Positions 1 to 13,007 of a DNA stretch of 64,000 nucleotides are shown one piece after another (position 1 is the stretch's first letter; every line of letters begins with the position of its first letter). This DNA is from Phoronis australis (lineage: Eukaryota > Animalia > Phoronida). The position numbers were made by a program, and so were the translations under genes. The notes under the pieces were generated by a model. It saw only the letters and a program-made list of their open reading frames with translations. It was not told where the DNA came from and made no database searches. The DNA lies in assembly GCA_002633005.1 (NCBI GenBank), contig NMRA01000058.1, positions 101,585 to 165,584 on the forward strand, given 5' to 3'.

Positions 1-45
1 GACCATAAACAAGTAGGTCTTTTAGCAACAGATTACTAGTTAAAT

Positions 46-102
46 CGTGGTGGTGTAGTGGTAACACACGCGCTCTCTAACCGCGAGGTCGTGAGCTCAA
101 GT
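46..102 (+). mobile_element. tRNA-derived SINE head (truncated)
   Basis: A-box-like TGGTGTAGTGG and B-box-like GAGCTCAAGTC at tRNA spacing; no complete acceptor stem. Confidence 0.5.
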
Positions 103-174
103 CTTTGGTACGTTCAGTTTTCCTGTTTGATACGTTCCCTGTTTTTTTTTTTTTTTCTTGAATAATACTTCAGG

Positions 175-364
175 AATCAAGGAAAATGCTTGATTTTTAG
201 AGGTAAAAACAAAAATTTCCTGGGCGGGAGCGGGGGCAAACCCCCCTCCCGACCGCCCCCCATTCGGTGCTATGCGCATCTACAATCGTGGTTCAGTTTG
301 CGCAAATGCTTGCAGCCGGACGAAATGTTGGGCCCCCCCTTGTGATATCCTAGATCCGCCACTG
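175..364. mobile_element. Right end of a Harbinger-like non-autonomous MITE
   Basis: Ends CCCCCTTGTGATATCCTAGATCCGCCACTG, nearly identical to the right end of the MITE at 44897-45216. Confidence 0.55.
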
Positions 365-540
365 CAATATCCTTCGTTGACGATTTTAGTGGGGTTAATA
401 TGGTTTATGAAACAGAAGTCGGCAAACACAGTCAAGGCCACAGATGTCCTTGCTGCATACCTGGATTGGCAAGTTCACATTGTCCCCGCTCGCTTCTTCA
501 CAAGTAATTCGTGACGTCAGCTTGTGAGGCCGGGTTAGTC

Positions 541-658
541 CACAGGCGCTCGGATTTCAAGATCACTCATAACCATTATATAAGAAACATATTTTCTTAC
601 ATGTAGTAGTGAGTGACGTCATTTTCGATCGAGGAACATATAAACCCAAGCGCCTGTA
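541..658. mobile_element. ~115-bp MITE with CACAGGCGCT TIRs
   Basis: TIRs CACAGGCGCT...AGCGCCTGTA; homologous copy at 46767-46877. Confidence 0.65.
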
Positions 659-1214
659 TGTAAAACCTTGAGTGACCTCTGTGGGATAAAACTGAAAATA
701 TTGTTCCCAGCGCCATAGTGTGGTAAGAGTTCGTGTTTACGGGATTTCCCAATTTTCCGACTCTTGAATCAGGTGCAATTTCCTAGATTTGAAACTAAAT
801 ACTGCACAGAGAACTTAGACATAAAGATTCTTGTTCACTACAGCAAGTTAACGTAAAGTTAAAAGGTCGACAGAGTGAAAAAACGAAACCGAATATAGTT
901 GTCCGTTTCTGGGTAGCCCAGGATCTTGGAGGTGAGTTAGTTCCGCAAATCTTGTGCTAGTTATCAGATTACGTTGAGTCCAGTTAGTCCCATCAGGCGA
1001 TGAGTACACTGACTTCTTACTTAGGCTCAACGGATCCCTTATGGGCTAACTCACAACATGAGAGGGTCGGGCGCTCACCTGCATTCTTGCTTCGCACGTT
1101 GGTTAACACGTCCTATTAAAATCGACTAAGTTAAGGATAAATCTTCAACTGATGACAGCAGCACCTACCAAACTCCAAACCACGAGGGTCACCCATAAAG
1201 TCGGTAACGCAGTG

Positions 1215-1942
1215 ATTGATTCATTGCTGGCTTCCCAAATCATTTGCACTCACGAACACTCCAAAGGCATTAAAATTGCATCAAATGAGGCAGACTTTGT
1301 TGTAAACAGTATTATATAAGTATCGGTTAGGGTGAGAATAATTCATTTTGAAACAGAACGCTCAGTATTAATCGCCAACTATGGCAACTTGCAATCCCTA
1401 CTTAGGACGACATAGAGCTCATCAGTCCCGACTTCGTAGGTGGATCATTAAGTTTTACAGGCTATCAATTCGAACAGGAATACAGTGATGAAGAAATATT
1501 AGAGAGGCGCCGTGAACAAGCTCAGACAACGGAACGTATGGAGTTCACAAGCCGGCATTCGTGAGGAACTGTCGACGTCTGCAGGCCACAGACACGGAGA
1601 TGTTTCACGGCCTCATACTTGCTATTTACAGCGTACATTTCATTCTTCACTACCACGAGCCACTTCCTAAGCATTGCGGAGTCTCGAGGAAGTAAAAAAA
1701 AAAAAACGATATACCCGCTTTCCTCGCGGCTGCTTAGTTCGAACAAGCGGGAAAGATGCACCGCAACATAGCGGCATTCACTCTGCACATGAACCACTGA
1801 CTTCGCTAGCGTCGTTTCTCACCTTCCTCACAGGTTAACGTGACATCTCTTGGCAAGGTAAGGTTGACCGTATGCGAGGCGATGTGGATATGGACCGATT
1901 AAGATGGCAAAAAAGACTAATTAAATCGGGTGACATTCTCCT
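1215..1942 (-). mobile_element. Kolobok-like deletion derivative, right portion with THAP remnant
   Basis: Homologous to ~6590-7285; ends CATTCTCCT|TTAA; ORF 1522-1797(-) has THAP-like FFLLPRD..LRKWL..HLRVC; left boundary approximate. Confidence 0.65.
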
Positions 1943-2081
1943 TTAAGCAGTGAGAGGCATTCTGTTTGGTTAGGAACGTTGAATGCGAGACACAGTGTGA
2001 GAATGCGGTCCAAGGATAATACTAGTCTGATGGAGGATAATATAGTTTCATTACATACTCTTCTACTGATACTACTGAGTC

Positions 2082-2266
2082 TGTTACAATCCATGCGATC
2101 ATACACTTATATAGTGACATACATGAATCATAAGAGGATATACTGAACAAACATGTTTACTACAATTCCTCATGTTGGGGGTGTATTACATAACACTTAA
2201 TTCTCTGAACTACTCCTACACATGCACTCGCCCTAAATCACTCGGATATGAGATCATACTCTAACA
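2082..2266 (-). mobile_element. Putative 3' LTR of the copia element
   Basis: On the minus strand a polypurine tract AGAACAAGGGGGAA is followed by TGTTAG at 2266; the distal end at 2082 (TGTTA inverted) is uncertain. Confidence 0.5.
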
Positions 2267-4880
2267 TTCCCCCTTGTTCTCATATCTGTCTCATTTATTG
2301 TGCAATCTTTAATTACAAACATCATTACCAAAAACGTAGTGCACAAACTTCTGTAGTTTCACTTTTGACAACAACTTCGTAAACATATCTGCAATGTTTT
2401 CACACGAGCTAAAACAATATCCAGTAATACTGTGTCTGTCTTAGATGAATCTGCATCACTAAAACCAATAATTCTAAAACCATTTTCAGACTTCCTGAAT
2501 CTGAGTGTATAATCCATAGTTCCTATCACGTAGCGTAAAACCTGTTTCAATTTAATCATGTCAGCTTCAATTGGCTCCGACAGTTTCTGAGATAATTTTG
2601 TCACAACAAAACATAAGTCTGGCCTTGTACACGTCATTGCATAAATCAAACTTCCGACTATTTCACGATACATTGTTTTTTCTACAACTGCCCGCTTGAG
2701 TAACATCTTGTTCACAAGGAGTCAATCTGGGTTTACAATCTGTCATCCCAAATTTATCTAACAGTTTTCTCAAATACTTCTGACTCATATCAATTTCGCC
2801 TTGTTTGTGCTCAAACTCTATTGCAAGAAAATAGGCAATTTTACCAAGATCTTTCATCTTAAACTTATTACATAACATCTGCTTGGTATTTCTGAGTAAC
2901 ACCTCATCTCTTGGGACAATTGTTATGTCATCGACCCAAATGAATATCAATGTCATGGATCCCTTTGGATCTCAACTAGTAAGCATACACGGGTCAACTT
3001 CGTTCTGTTTATACTCCATCTCAACAAGATAATTTCTGAGAACATAATTCCAATTCCGGCCACTTTGCTTCAAGCCATACAGTGACTTGTTAAGTTTCCA
3101 AACAAGTTTTTCACCAGTTTTTGATAATTCCTCAAAACCTTATGGTTGTGTCATATAAATTTTGGTATCAATCGGTGCATTTAGATAGGCCTTTTTCACA
3201 TCCATTTGTTGTACATGTAGGCCGTTTTCAACAGCTAAGTGAAGTAATGCCCTAATAGTACTCAGTTTCACAGTTGGAGCATATGTATCATAGTAATCTC
3301 TTCCAGGAATTTGGCTTTAGCCCTTTGCCACAAATCTTGCCTTGTGAGTTACATTTCCCTTGCTATTTTCCTTAATGGCAAACACCCACCTGTCGCAACA
3401 ATATCATTGCGTCCCCCAGGCAGTTTGGTCAATGTAAATGTATCATTCTCCCTCAATGAGTCCCTTTCGTCATTCATGACCTTTTCCCAAAATTCTGATT
3501 CATTTGAATTCATTACCTCCTCATACGTTTGAGGAATTCCCATAATTTTCAAGCAATAATCAACATTTCCGGCCACATAATCATTCGAATAAGTTGGGAG
3601 TTTTCTTTCTCTAATAGGATATCTCCATTTACCACCCTCAGTTGCATCATTATTCTCATTTGACCCATTCTTTATATGACTGGATTCAGTCTTAATTTCG
3701 CCATTTTTCTCTTCCTTAATTTCAGGATTCATTCTTGGCAATCTCACCAATTCTTCATCACACTCATTTGGTGTGACATCTGACAAATCAAAATTGTCAG
3801 GGAATTTCACTAACCGACTTCTGAGAATTCTGTCACTCTCAGGATCATAAACAAGAAATGCGGGACTCCCCCTATCATATCCTACAAAAATACCCCTTAT
3901 GCTTTTTGCATCAAGTTTCTTCCTCTTGGGGTCATTATCATATGCATATCACACGCTTCTGAAAATATGAATGTTGCTTACATCGGGTTTTCGTCCAGTG
4001 AACCCTTCCACTGGTGTTTTCTTAGTATTTGAGTTGAAACATCTGTTTCTAATACATGCGGCAGACATAACCGCACAAGTCCAAAATCTTTTTTGGCATA
4101 GTGGCATTTATCAACAAGCATCTGGCCATTTCAAATAAAGTGCTCCACCCTCGTTCAACTGTCCCATTTAGGTGTGGGGAATAGGGGGCCGATTTTTTGT
4201 GTTAATTAATACTGTGGCTCAGCATAAGTTCCGGAAATTTGCTGGATGTAGGTTCTGTACCATTGTCGGTACGCATACGCTTCACTTTTCCGTAGGGTGC
4301 ACAGTCTGCTATAAAACGTTTTGTGGCCTTGACTGTGTCTGACATCTGTTTCATAAAATATATACTATATTAACCTCACTAAAATCGTCAACGAAGGATA
4401 TTGCATATCTAAAGCCATCTTTTGAAATGGGATCAATCGGTCCTGCCAAATCACAATGAACGAATTCCAATGCTTTCTTACTACAGGCATGTGTATTCCT
4501 ATTCCTAGCATTCCTAGCATTAGTCATTTTCCCCAGAGTACAAACTTCACAATCCACCTTAGCCTTGTCAGTAATTTTCATACCTCTAACAATTATTTCT
4601 AACCTCAAGACGTCATCATTGTTACAATGGCAAAAAATTTTTTGCCATGTACACAGGTCATGCTCTCTGACTTTATTTGCTGTGTCAGAAGTCATTTCGT
4701 CCAAATAATCCAAATAATACAATTTTCCACGTTTTTCAATTTTGAATTCTGTCCCATCATGAGCAATTAATTTTGCATTTTCAGATTCAAAAATCACTGA
4801 AGCCCCATTAGCAACAGCAGCCTGGACAGAGAATATTTCCGGTGGATAGCTTGGTATGTACAAAACATTTGTCAACGTGG
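2267..4880 (-). mobile_element. Degenerate Ty1/copia retrotransposon pol (integrase-RT-RNaseH), 5'-truncated
   Basis: Copia domain order: GAG-pre-integrase (CEVCTLGK), integrase (HCDLAGP, FVDDFS), RT (WVDDI, MKDLG, YREIVGSLIYAMTCTRPDL), RNaseH start (GFSDAD); many stops and frameshifts. Confidence 0.95.
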
Positions 4881-5640
4881 AACAGATGACATTGAGTGTG
4901 TGGCATAATTTGCTGAAAAGATTCCGGCGTATGAAGTTCCTATTTATAGGAGATACACCATCTGTAGTTCAACGGCGGTCACTGTCTGAGTGATTTCCCA
5001 CTGACACTCTATGTCATTAGGCAAAGATTGAAAACCTCTACGTTGCCCACAGTCAACGGGGTTTCCTTTGATCTCACCGCACATTCCGACTTTTCTCAGT
5101 TATCCCTCGTGCTAGTGAGAGGGTGGCATGCCGGACGTATTGGCTCAGGTTACAGCAAACCACACAGCTGCTTAGCTATACTGAAGTATTGTTTCAGGTT
5201 GTTTTTGCTTTTCCTTATTTACAGTTTTTGTGCATGTGTGTTGTCAATTACAGAAAACCTTCAAATTTTGTTTTTAAGCGTATAAATTGACCGTCGAATA
5301 TTGAAGTATATCAATATGACCAGTTGCATAGTACATGAATTGCTCAGTGGAAAGAAATTCCTCAAGTCATACACTGTTCCAAAACGGAGGGCCTGATAAG
5401 GGCGACCACATAACTGATATGGCTTGTGCCCGTCATTAAAGGTATAATCTTGCAGATCTGGACTGGCCAGACAATAATGTCATGCAGATTTTGAGTTTAA
5501 ATATTTTGCCTAATGCTATGTACTCATGACCGCAGAGAGCAAGACAGGAGGCAGATTTAGAGGGGGCTCACCTGATGTGGATTTCCAGTGCTGTGGCCCC
5601 TGACTTGTATGAGGAAGAGTGGAGCGAATTGCGCACTTAA

Positions 5641-7285
5641 AGGAGAATGCCTTCCAAAAACAACCTATTTTATATCAGTTTAGATCGAGTAGTTCTTCTC
5701 GATAATGACAGGTTCGGTTGCGTTACCTAACACCTGACGGCAGACGGAGCTGTTGAAATTATCCAATAACGTAATTGGTTTCACCCGCAGTCTGTTCAGC
5801 AGTTCTCAAAACGGTTTAGTGGTGTCAGCTTATCACTTGAATTCATCATTTAACACCAATAAATCATCAAACTTCGGTCTAAAACCCTTAAAGATACACC
5901 GAGTTCTTATAAAAACGTGTTGTTTTATTTCGCTTTTACAGATTTACTGGTATTTGGACACATCGTAGCCTACAAAGTTCTGCTGGCCAATTTACCAAGG
6001 TCCGTAGCAGGAGTTTGCGTTCTGTTCGTAGATAAATTCGAAGTATTCTTCGGTGAAATACAGACAGGAGAACCTAGATCTGTGTTGTTTATACTTGTGA
6101 TTTTTTTAGTTCTAAACATACAAAACACTTGTTATCCCGGCCAGTGGCTCGGAACCCGATCAGCAGGCCTGTCGCGACCGGACTGACTGGTTATCGCGGC
6201 CAGTGGTTCGGAACCCGGTCAGGCCCGTTGCGGCCGCCGGGACTGGCACGAACATAAACCAGCGTGAGTTGGAAATTAAACCTCCTGTCACGAAAAGACT
6301 ATAATAGTGAGCCAAAGAAATAATGTGCACGTATATGTGAATTAGCCACGAAACTGAAAATCTACTTACTTGTCGGGGGCCGCAAAGTAGGGTTCCCCTT
6401 GCACAGACCGTCAGGGCAAAGGTTGTACAGTAACAATGATTTGAATAATGTATTTGTGTTTCTAAATAAAGATTCCCCTAACATGTCACCGTAGCATATA
6501 AAATCGAGTAATTGTTTCCCCAACAGCTTTCTGTCAGCCAACACTGAATTAGCATGCGCTCACACGGCCTCATCCTCATCAAAAGCCTGCATTGGTTTAT
6601 TCATTGCTGGCTTCTCAAAACATTTGCACTCACGAGCACTCCAAGGCATTACAAATTGTATCTAATGAGACAGACGTTGTTTTAGTTTCATATAAGCAAT
6701 AAGCATTGGTTAGGATCATTTTAGGATGAGAATAATTCATTTTGAAACAGAATGCAGAATAATAAACGTCTACATGGCAGCTCGCCCAGCTCCAATGCCA
6801 ACTTAATCAAGAGCTCATCCGATGAAGACTTCACGAGTGGGATCGTTAGGTTTCACAGGCTATCAGCTCGAACCGGAATACACTGATCAAGAAATACTAG
6901 ATACGAGGCGCCGTGAACAGGAATAGGTCGGCCACAGTCACGGAGATGTTTCACGGCCTCCTACTTGCTATAATTAACAGCATACCTTTCATTCTTCACT
7001 ACTGTGAGTCACTTCCTAAGCATTTCGGGCTCTCGAGGAAGTCGAAAAAATGGTATACCCGCTTTCTTCGCACCTTCATAGTTCGGACAAGTGGGAACGA
7101 TGCACAGCAATATAGCGGCATTGACTCTGCAGACGAACTACTGACGTTGCTGCGTCGTTTCTCACCTTCCTCCCAGGTTAACGCGACACCTCTCGGGAAG
7201 GTGAGGTCAACCGTATAAGAGGCGATTTGGATATAGACCGATTAAGACGGTAAAAAAGATTAATTAAATCGGGTGGCATTCTCCT
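5641..7285 (-). mobile_element. Non-autonomous Kolobok-like DNA transposon
   Basis: TTAA|AGGAGAATGCC...GGCATTCTCCT|TTAA (TTAA TSD, purine-purine termini); minus-strand THAP remnant from ~7121 (CIVPTCPN..FFRLPR..LRK*L..HLRDC). Confidence 0.8.
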
Positions 7286-7485
7286 TTAAGTGTTGTAATA
7301 TCAAGGCATCACTCACCTATTGGCAATTGTTCTTTGGCTGACTGTCTTATGGAAGTGCGAGCTCTCAAGTTTGAGACTCACCTGCAGCAAATGTGATTTT
7401 TCACCATTGATAGTACATAAGCTGCATGTTGTTCAATTTGCTATGCACTTATGACTTGCTATTATCCGTGAGTTCGTGATTGTTA

Positions 7486-8610
7486 CTTGGTGAAATAAAT
7501 TTCGCCAAGTATGTTGCTCTGTCACTAAGTTTTTTTGTTTGTTTGCACCATGCAGGCTGCAATTTTCGTCCGATCATCACGAAACTTACAAGTTGTACGT
7601 CTATGAGTACAGGAACCCTATTGTTTTTCGTAATCGGATCGAAGATGGCAGATATGACCATTTTGTGTCCAATTTCAGATTCAATTGCTCATAGAAGCTG
7701 TAATTTAAGACGTACAGGGCTGAAAATCGGTAAAAATATTGAACTATTCATGTGTTAAAAATGTGCAAGAAATTATTCACTTCCGGTCAAAGATGGCGGA
7801 AATATCGGCCATGGCGCATGCACACTCCTATTTTGTTTAAAAAATGTTTTCTCCAGTAGAGGGTGCATTATTGCACCAATTTCTTCGAAATTTTTCACGT
7901 ATTAGTTTTTTACAACTAGCAATTATTATAAATGTTAAAAAAACGAAAGTTGATTCCAAGATGGCGGATCTGGTGCATGTTGACCCATTTTTAGTCGTGC
8001 TGGGTTGCCATTTTAAACAGGAAGGGAAAATGACGTGAATTTTTGCATGTGGATTCTCTGAGGTATTCTCTTTCAAATGAACTGTAACAATTTTTTCTCA
8101 GACTTACCGTTTTCGAGTTATTTTACTTTGAATTTCAAAAAACCGCAAAATTTCATTTTTTTTCGAAAAATTTACGGAATGTTGCAAAACAATCACTTTT
8201 CGAATTATTTATAATTTTCTTATAGCTCTGTTCCTTTGTTGAGCTGTCTTGCTGCTTTGATGTTGGTTAAGCTTCTATTGAACAAGAGTGCAGCCTATTT
8301 CTTACTGATTTATGACATCTGAGTTTGTCATATGAATGTTATGATGTTGTTCATCTTTATCATCATCGTCATCACATTCGTCATCTTCGTTATCATCTTT
8401 GTTGTCGTCTTTTCAGTTAATTTCGCCAAGTGTTGCTCAAGACTGTAGCCTATTTTTTACTGGTTTATGACATCTAAGTTCGTCATATGAATGATATCAT
8501 AATGTTCATCATCGTCACGATCATTGCCCTATTCATCATCTTTGTTGTCATCTTTATCATCGTTTTTTCGGTTAATTTCGCCACGTGTCACTCCTCGCAG
8601 CGCTTTCATT
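7486..8610 (+). mobile_element. HINE/DINE-1-like non-autonomous element (separate family), with decayed (ATC)n tract and duplicated 3' end
   Basis: 5' palindrome CTTGGTGAAA-TAAA-TTTCGCCAAG followed by a TTTG microsatellite; TTTCGCCA subTIR recurs at ~8421 and ~8577. Confidence 0.5.
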
Positions 8611-8760
8611 TAAAGATGTTATTTTTCCCTGTTTGGCTGACTAAAAAACAGGAATCGAATTATGGATTTTACTCTCGTAAGATTAGTCTCGTAATATTCC
8701 TTAAAGAATTCTATTTCTGTAACCATTTAAAATGTTTTTTCCATGTAGGTAACTACCAAA

Positions 8761-8895
8761 ATGGACAAGAAACACAAAGATATACTGAGAAGAAATAGAA
8801 TGGTGTTGTTGGAGGATCTGAACTTGGAGAGTGGACTAGTTGATTTTCTTTTAGAGAAAGGCCTTATAAATGAGCACATCAGGGAGAAAATATTT
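8761..8895 (+). CDS. CARD-caspase coding exon 1 (CARD N-half)
   Basis: Acceptor AG at 8747-8748; MDKKHKDILRRNRMVLLEDLNLESGLVDFLLEKGLINEHIREKIF then GTAAGT; phase 0. Confidence 0.9.
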
Positions 8896-9849
8896 GTAAG
8901 TCTTGTCATGGCAGTGGTTGTGATTGTAGTATCATGACGTGCTGTTGTCTTGATGACCACATGTAGTTGTTAAAGATATAAAAATTGTTATTATTAAAAT
9001 TGTAGGTAATTTTTATTTGTTCATTCTTCAAATTTGTTTTCTTCTCTTATGTGCTCACATTTTTGTCATTTAAGAAATCACAGGAAACGAGCATTTCGTA
9101 GTTTTGGGATATGTCCAGTAGAATACAAATTATTCAGTGAAATCTCTTTGACCAGTGCGTGAAGAACAGTTCCTAATTGTTCTACTCCAGCAAACTTGCC
9201 CAGTTTGTTGTGCTTAGGGCTCACTTGGTCTTGCCAAGACTGGTCCTGTGTGGAAGTGAGTTAAAATGATATTTCACACAGAAATGCATTGTGTTCAAGG
9301 GGGTTGAGTCCTTGGATCAAATTAGTTTGCTGAGCTTGGGGTGTTGAAGGCCTTTGTGAATGTGTTGACACCATGAGAGTTAAGAGCTGATGAGTTGCTC
9401 TAAAGGTGGGTTGATGTAAGAAATAGTGACATTGAGTCTTCGTTCAGTGCTCTGTTTCTCCGAGTCCTCATGAGTTGTGGGGAGCAAGAGGTCTTAAGTG
9501 TCCAGTCCTGGTGGTGCTTGGCTTTCATAAAATACCAGTACTCTATTCAACAGAGCTGCAAATTATGTCTCCAGACCTGAAGATTGCAAAACTGAGACAC
9601 GTCTCGGCAGAACTGAAAGCCAAACCATACAAAGACTGGGCACAAAAGACTCTTGCCCCACCTTTCAGATCAGCTATGCCACAATGATGTCAACACCTAC
9701 ATGAAGCCCATCAACTAATTTTACTAAAGACCCTACCCCCTTTGCTCACCATTGCTATATGATATATCAACTCTCCTTGAATGATTGCTCCATCAGTGAA
9801 GTTTTTGTGAGAATTATGTACACTCAGATACTGGATTTTGGACAGCATT

Positions 9850-10170
9850 GTAGACCCCAGGGTATGTGGTTTCAGGACTGGTTACAGCTGTCAGCATATC
9901 CTTATTGGGGCCCCCGATGACCAGAAGCAATTATTGGAGTCCTGGTATATGGCTGGGGTTGAACTTGGTGTTTGATGCTTTACCTCATCAGATTCTGATC
10001 GGGAAGTTGAGGGCCTATGGAATGACTGCTGAGGGCTGTACCCTGCTTTGGTCTTACCTCATGTACCAAAAACAGCACGTCAATGTCTCAAAAACTATTA
10101 GTTGATGGATGAGACTTAATAAGGGTGTCCTCCAAGGGTCAGTGATCGATCTGGTACTATTTAATGTATC
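9850..10170 (+). mobile_element. CR1/L2-type LINE reverse transcriptase fragment
   Basis: GFRTGYSC, VFDALPHQILIGKLRAYG, KGVLQGSV motifs with frameshifts and stops. Confidence 0.8.
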
Positions 10171-10184
10171 TACTAATCGCTCTT

Positions 10185-10834
10185 TGGGAACTTTATTGAA
10201 TTTTGCTGGTGAATTTATGTGAAGTTCACAACAGAGGATGACAACTTTCAGACGGATCGGGCTACCGGAGTGTCCCTAGTGCCATTTTTAGTTTTTTATG
10301 TTTACCTCTGTATCTTAAAGGGTCGTCAATGGATTTTCAAAAAATTTGGCATCTATTAGTGAGGTGATGCTATCATCCGGTTTTCGGTAAAATTCGAGGC
10401 ATTTTGCGCCACCTTGTGGCCATTTTTACTGTTTTTTCGAGTCTTGTCATTTGACGTCTGCCTTTCTGTCAACCAAACCACTCTAAGGATGGTTTTGGAA
10501 ATTGGCATTTATGTTCCTAATGTGAAGAGGAAGTCTGACGATGATTTTCTGATGACGTTATCTACTTTGGCGCCTCATAGTGGCAGTTATGTTTTTTGCA
10601 CTTATAGCCTCTTCGTGGCAATTTCATTTTTTCGTTATCCTGTTTTCTTAGAAGTTCCTTGACTGATTTTTATGAAATTTGAAATAGCTTTGATGACACA
10701 TACAAGTTTTCAGACGGATTCGACATTTTTTGCGCCATCTAGTTGCCATTTTTATGTTCCAAGTAAACACCTCTAGAACCACACCGTTGGCGGTGCATTC
10801 GTGTGTGCATTTCAACGCTCTGCGTTGCTCTTGT
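10185..10834 (+). mobile_element. HINE family A, 5'-truncated copy
   Basis: CCTAGTGGC-type subrepeats and the family 3' end GCATTTCAACGCTCTGCGTTGCTCTTGT. Confidence 0.8.
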
Positions 10835-10847
10835 CTTATTTTTTCAG

Positions 10848-11130
10848 ATCCCTGGTAATATAAGTTTCAAACGTAATGGAGAGTTCATAGACACAGTGCA
10901 GAAGCGAGGTCCTCGTGCCTTTGGTATACTATATGATGGACTCATTTATACAGAACAGTTCCATCTTGCCGATTTGTTGAAACCTGAAATGGCTCCAAGT
11001 GATCCAGCATTCAAGTCTTCTGTGGGTCAGACAGCTAGTGTTACAATGCCTGTTCTAGAACATCAGTTATCAAATCCAGTTTCAGCATCTGATGATATTG
11101 ACAACAGAATTAATGTCGACAACATTGAAG
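10848..11130 (+). CDS. CARD-caspase exon 2 (CARD C-half plus linker)
   Basis: ttttcag acceptor; IPGN...FIDTVQKRGPRAFGILYDGLIYTEQFHLADLL (CARD helices 4-6); GTATGG donor; phase 0 to 1. Confidence 0.92.
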
Positions 11131-11341
11131 GTATGGACTAAGTTGATGCAAGTTTGATATTGTGAAAGCTCTTTGTAAGTGATTCATGTACTGTTTTAAT
11201 GAAACAAAAACAATTATCGTTTTGTCATGAGTGTTCTTAACAAATGCATAAACCGTGTTATTTTGAATTATATACTAGAAATTGTTTACTTAAAGCTGGA
11301 ATGAAATGTGTTAAAAATTGTTCTATATTGTTCTGTTTTAG

Positions 11342-11424
11342 AAGGAGCTTGGCCATCTGAGGAAAGTTTTCAGGTCAAAGTGAAGCCAATCTCTTGGCCT
11401 TTCGTTCCAAGAACTGATGCTCGG
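11342..11424 (+). CDS. CARD-caspase exon 3 (prodomain linker)
   Basis: ttttag acceptor and GTAACT donor; open frame (E)GAWPSEESFQVKVKPISWPFVPRTDAR; phase 1 to 0 bridges exons 2 and 4. Confidence 0.8.
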
Positions 11425-13007
11425 GTAACTTTTGTGTAATATCCAGTCCTGAAATGGTTCTTCACAATTCATGTTTAGTTTTGGTTCAGTCAGACAATGT
11501 TAGGGGTTTACTTTCTAGAATGGAATTACTGCGCATGACCTAGGTTTTGACATAATATATTTGTAAGTTTCTTAGTAACTTGACAGCAGATGTATGGATT
11601 CAACTACTGCTGTGGTTCCTAATGGCAGTTTGTTTTTATGCTCTCAAATATTTACATGTGGACACATTATGCTGTCATCTCTATCCATCCGTCTGGCGTC
11701 CCCTGCTCTATCTCCAAAGCCCTTTGACGTATGTACATGAAATTTGGCACATCATGGATGGGATGGCATTAGCGAACTTTCGGACGGATCCGACTACCGG
11801 TGTGCCCCCTAGTGGCAATTTTAGTTTTTTACATTTACCTCTATCTTCAAAGGTCCTCATTGTATTTTCATAAAATTTGGCATATAAGCATCTATTAGTG
11901 ACATGACACTATCCTCCCATTTTCCGATGGATTCAACATAGTTTGCACCACCTAGTGGCCATTTTTACTGTTTTCAAAACCGCTCTAAGGATGATTGTGA
12001 AAATTGGCATGTATGTTCTTACTATGAAGAGGACGAATGACGATGATTTTCCGACAATTTCGACTACTGTGGCGCCTCCTAGTGGCAGTTTTTTTTTACG
12101 CCCATGGCTGTATCTTCTAAACCATTCTCAGGATCTTCACTTAATGTAGCAAGGGTATTTATATGATGGTGATAATGGACTGCCGGGACTTGCGGACGGA
12201 TCTGATTACTGGTGTGCCCCCTTGTGGGAATTTTATTTTTTTGTGTTTACCTCTGTATCTTCAAAGGACCTCAAAGTATTTTCATAAAATTTGGCATATG
12301 GGCATCTACTAGTAAGATGACGCTATCCTCGTGTTTTTGGATAGATTCAATGTAGTTTGCGCCACTAAGTGGCCAATTTTTCTATTTTCGAGCCTGTTTT
12401 TTGGCGTCCACCCCTCTATCAACCCAACTAAAGATGATAGTGAAAATTGGCATGTTTATTCTTACTAAAAGAGGACGCTGAAGATGATTTTTCCACGACT
12501 TTGACTACTGTGGCACCTCCTAGTGGCAGTTCTTTTTTTGCACGCATGGCTGTATCTCCTAAACCATTTGCAGGATCTTTACTAAATTTTGCAAGACTTT
12601 GTATTTGCATGATGTTGATAATGGATGACGACAACTTTTGGGCTGTTCTGAGTGCCGGTGTCTCTTCTTGTGGCAATTTTAGTTTTTTAGGTTTATTTTA
12701 GGTTTATCTCTTTGTCTTCAAAGGTCCTCATTAGATTTTCAGAAAATTTGGAATATAGGCATCTGTAGGTGAGATGATGCTATCGTCCCTAGTGGCCATT
12801 TTTGGTGTTTTCAAGGTTTTTGGCGTCCACCATTCTAAGGGTGGTTTTGAAAATTGGCATATATGATCTCAGTGTGAAGAGGGCGATTGACGATGACGAC
12901 TTCGACTACTGTGGCTCCTCCTAGTGGTATTTTTGTTTGGTTTGCTCCAATAGCTGCATCTCCTAAACCCACTGCAGGATATCTATTAAATTGAGTAATT
13001 GTATTTA

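Noticed and set aside
1215-7285. Direct repeats at 1215-1942 and 6590-7285 as LTRs of the intervening copia
   Set aside because: They end in a TTAA-flanked TIR and carry THAP remnants, and the copia has its own PPT/LTR junction at 2266
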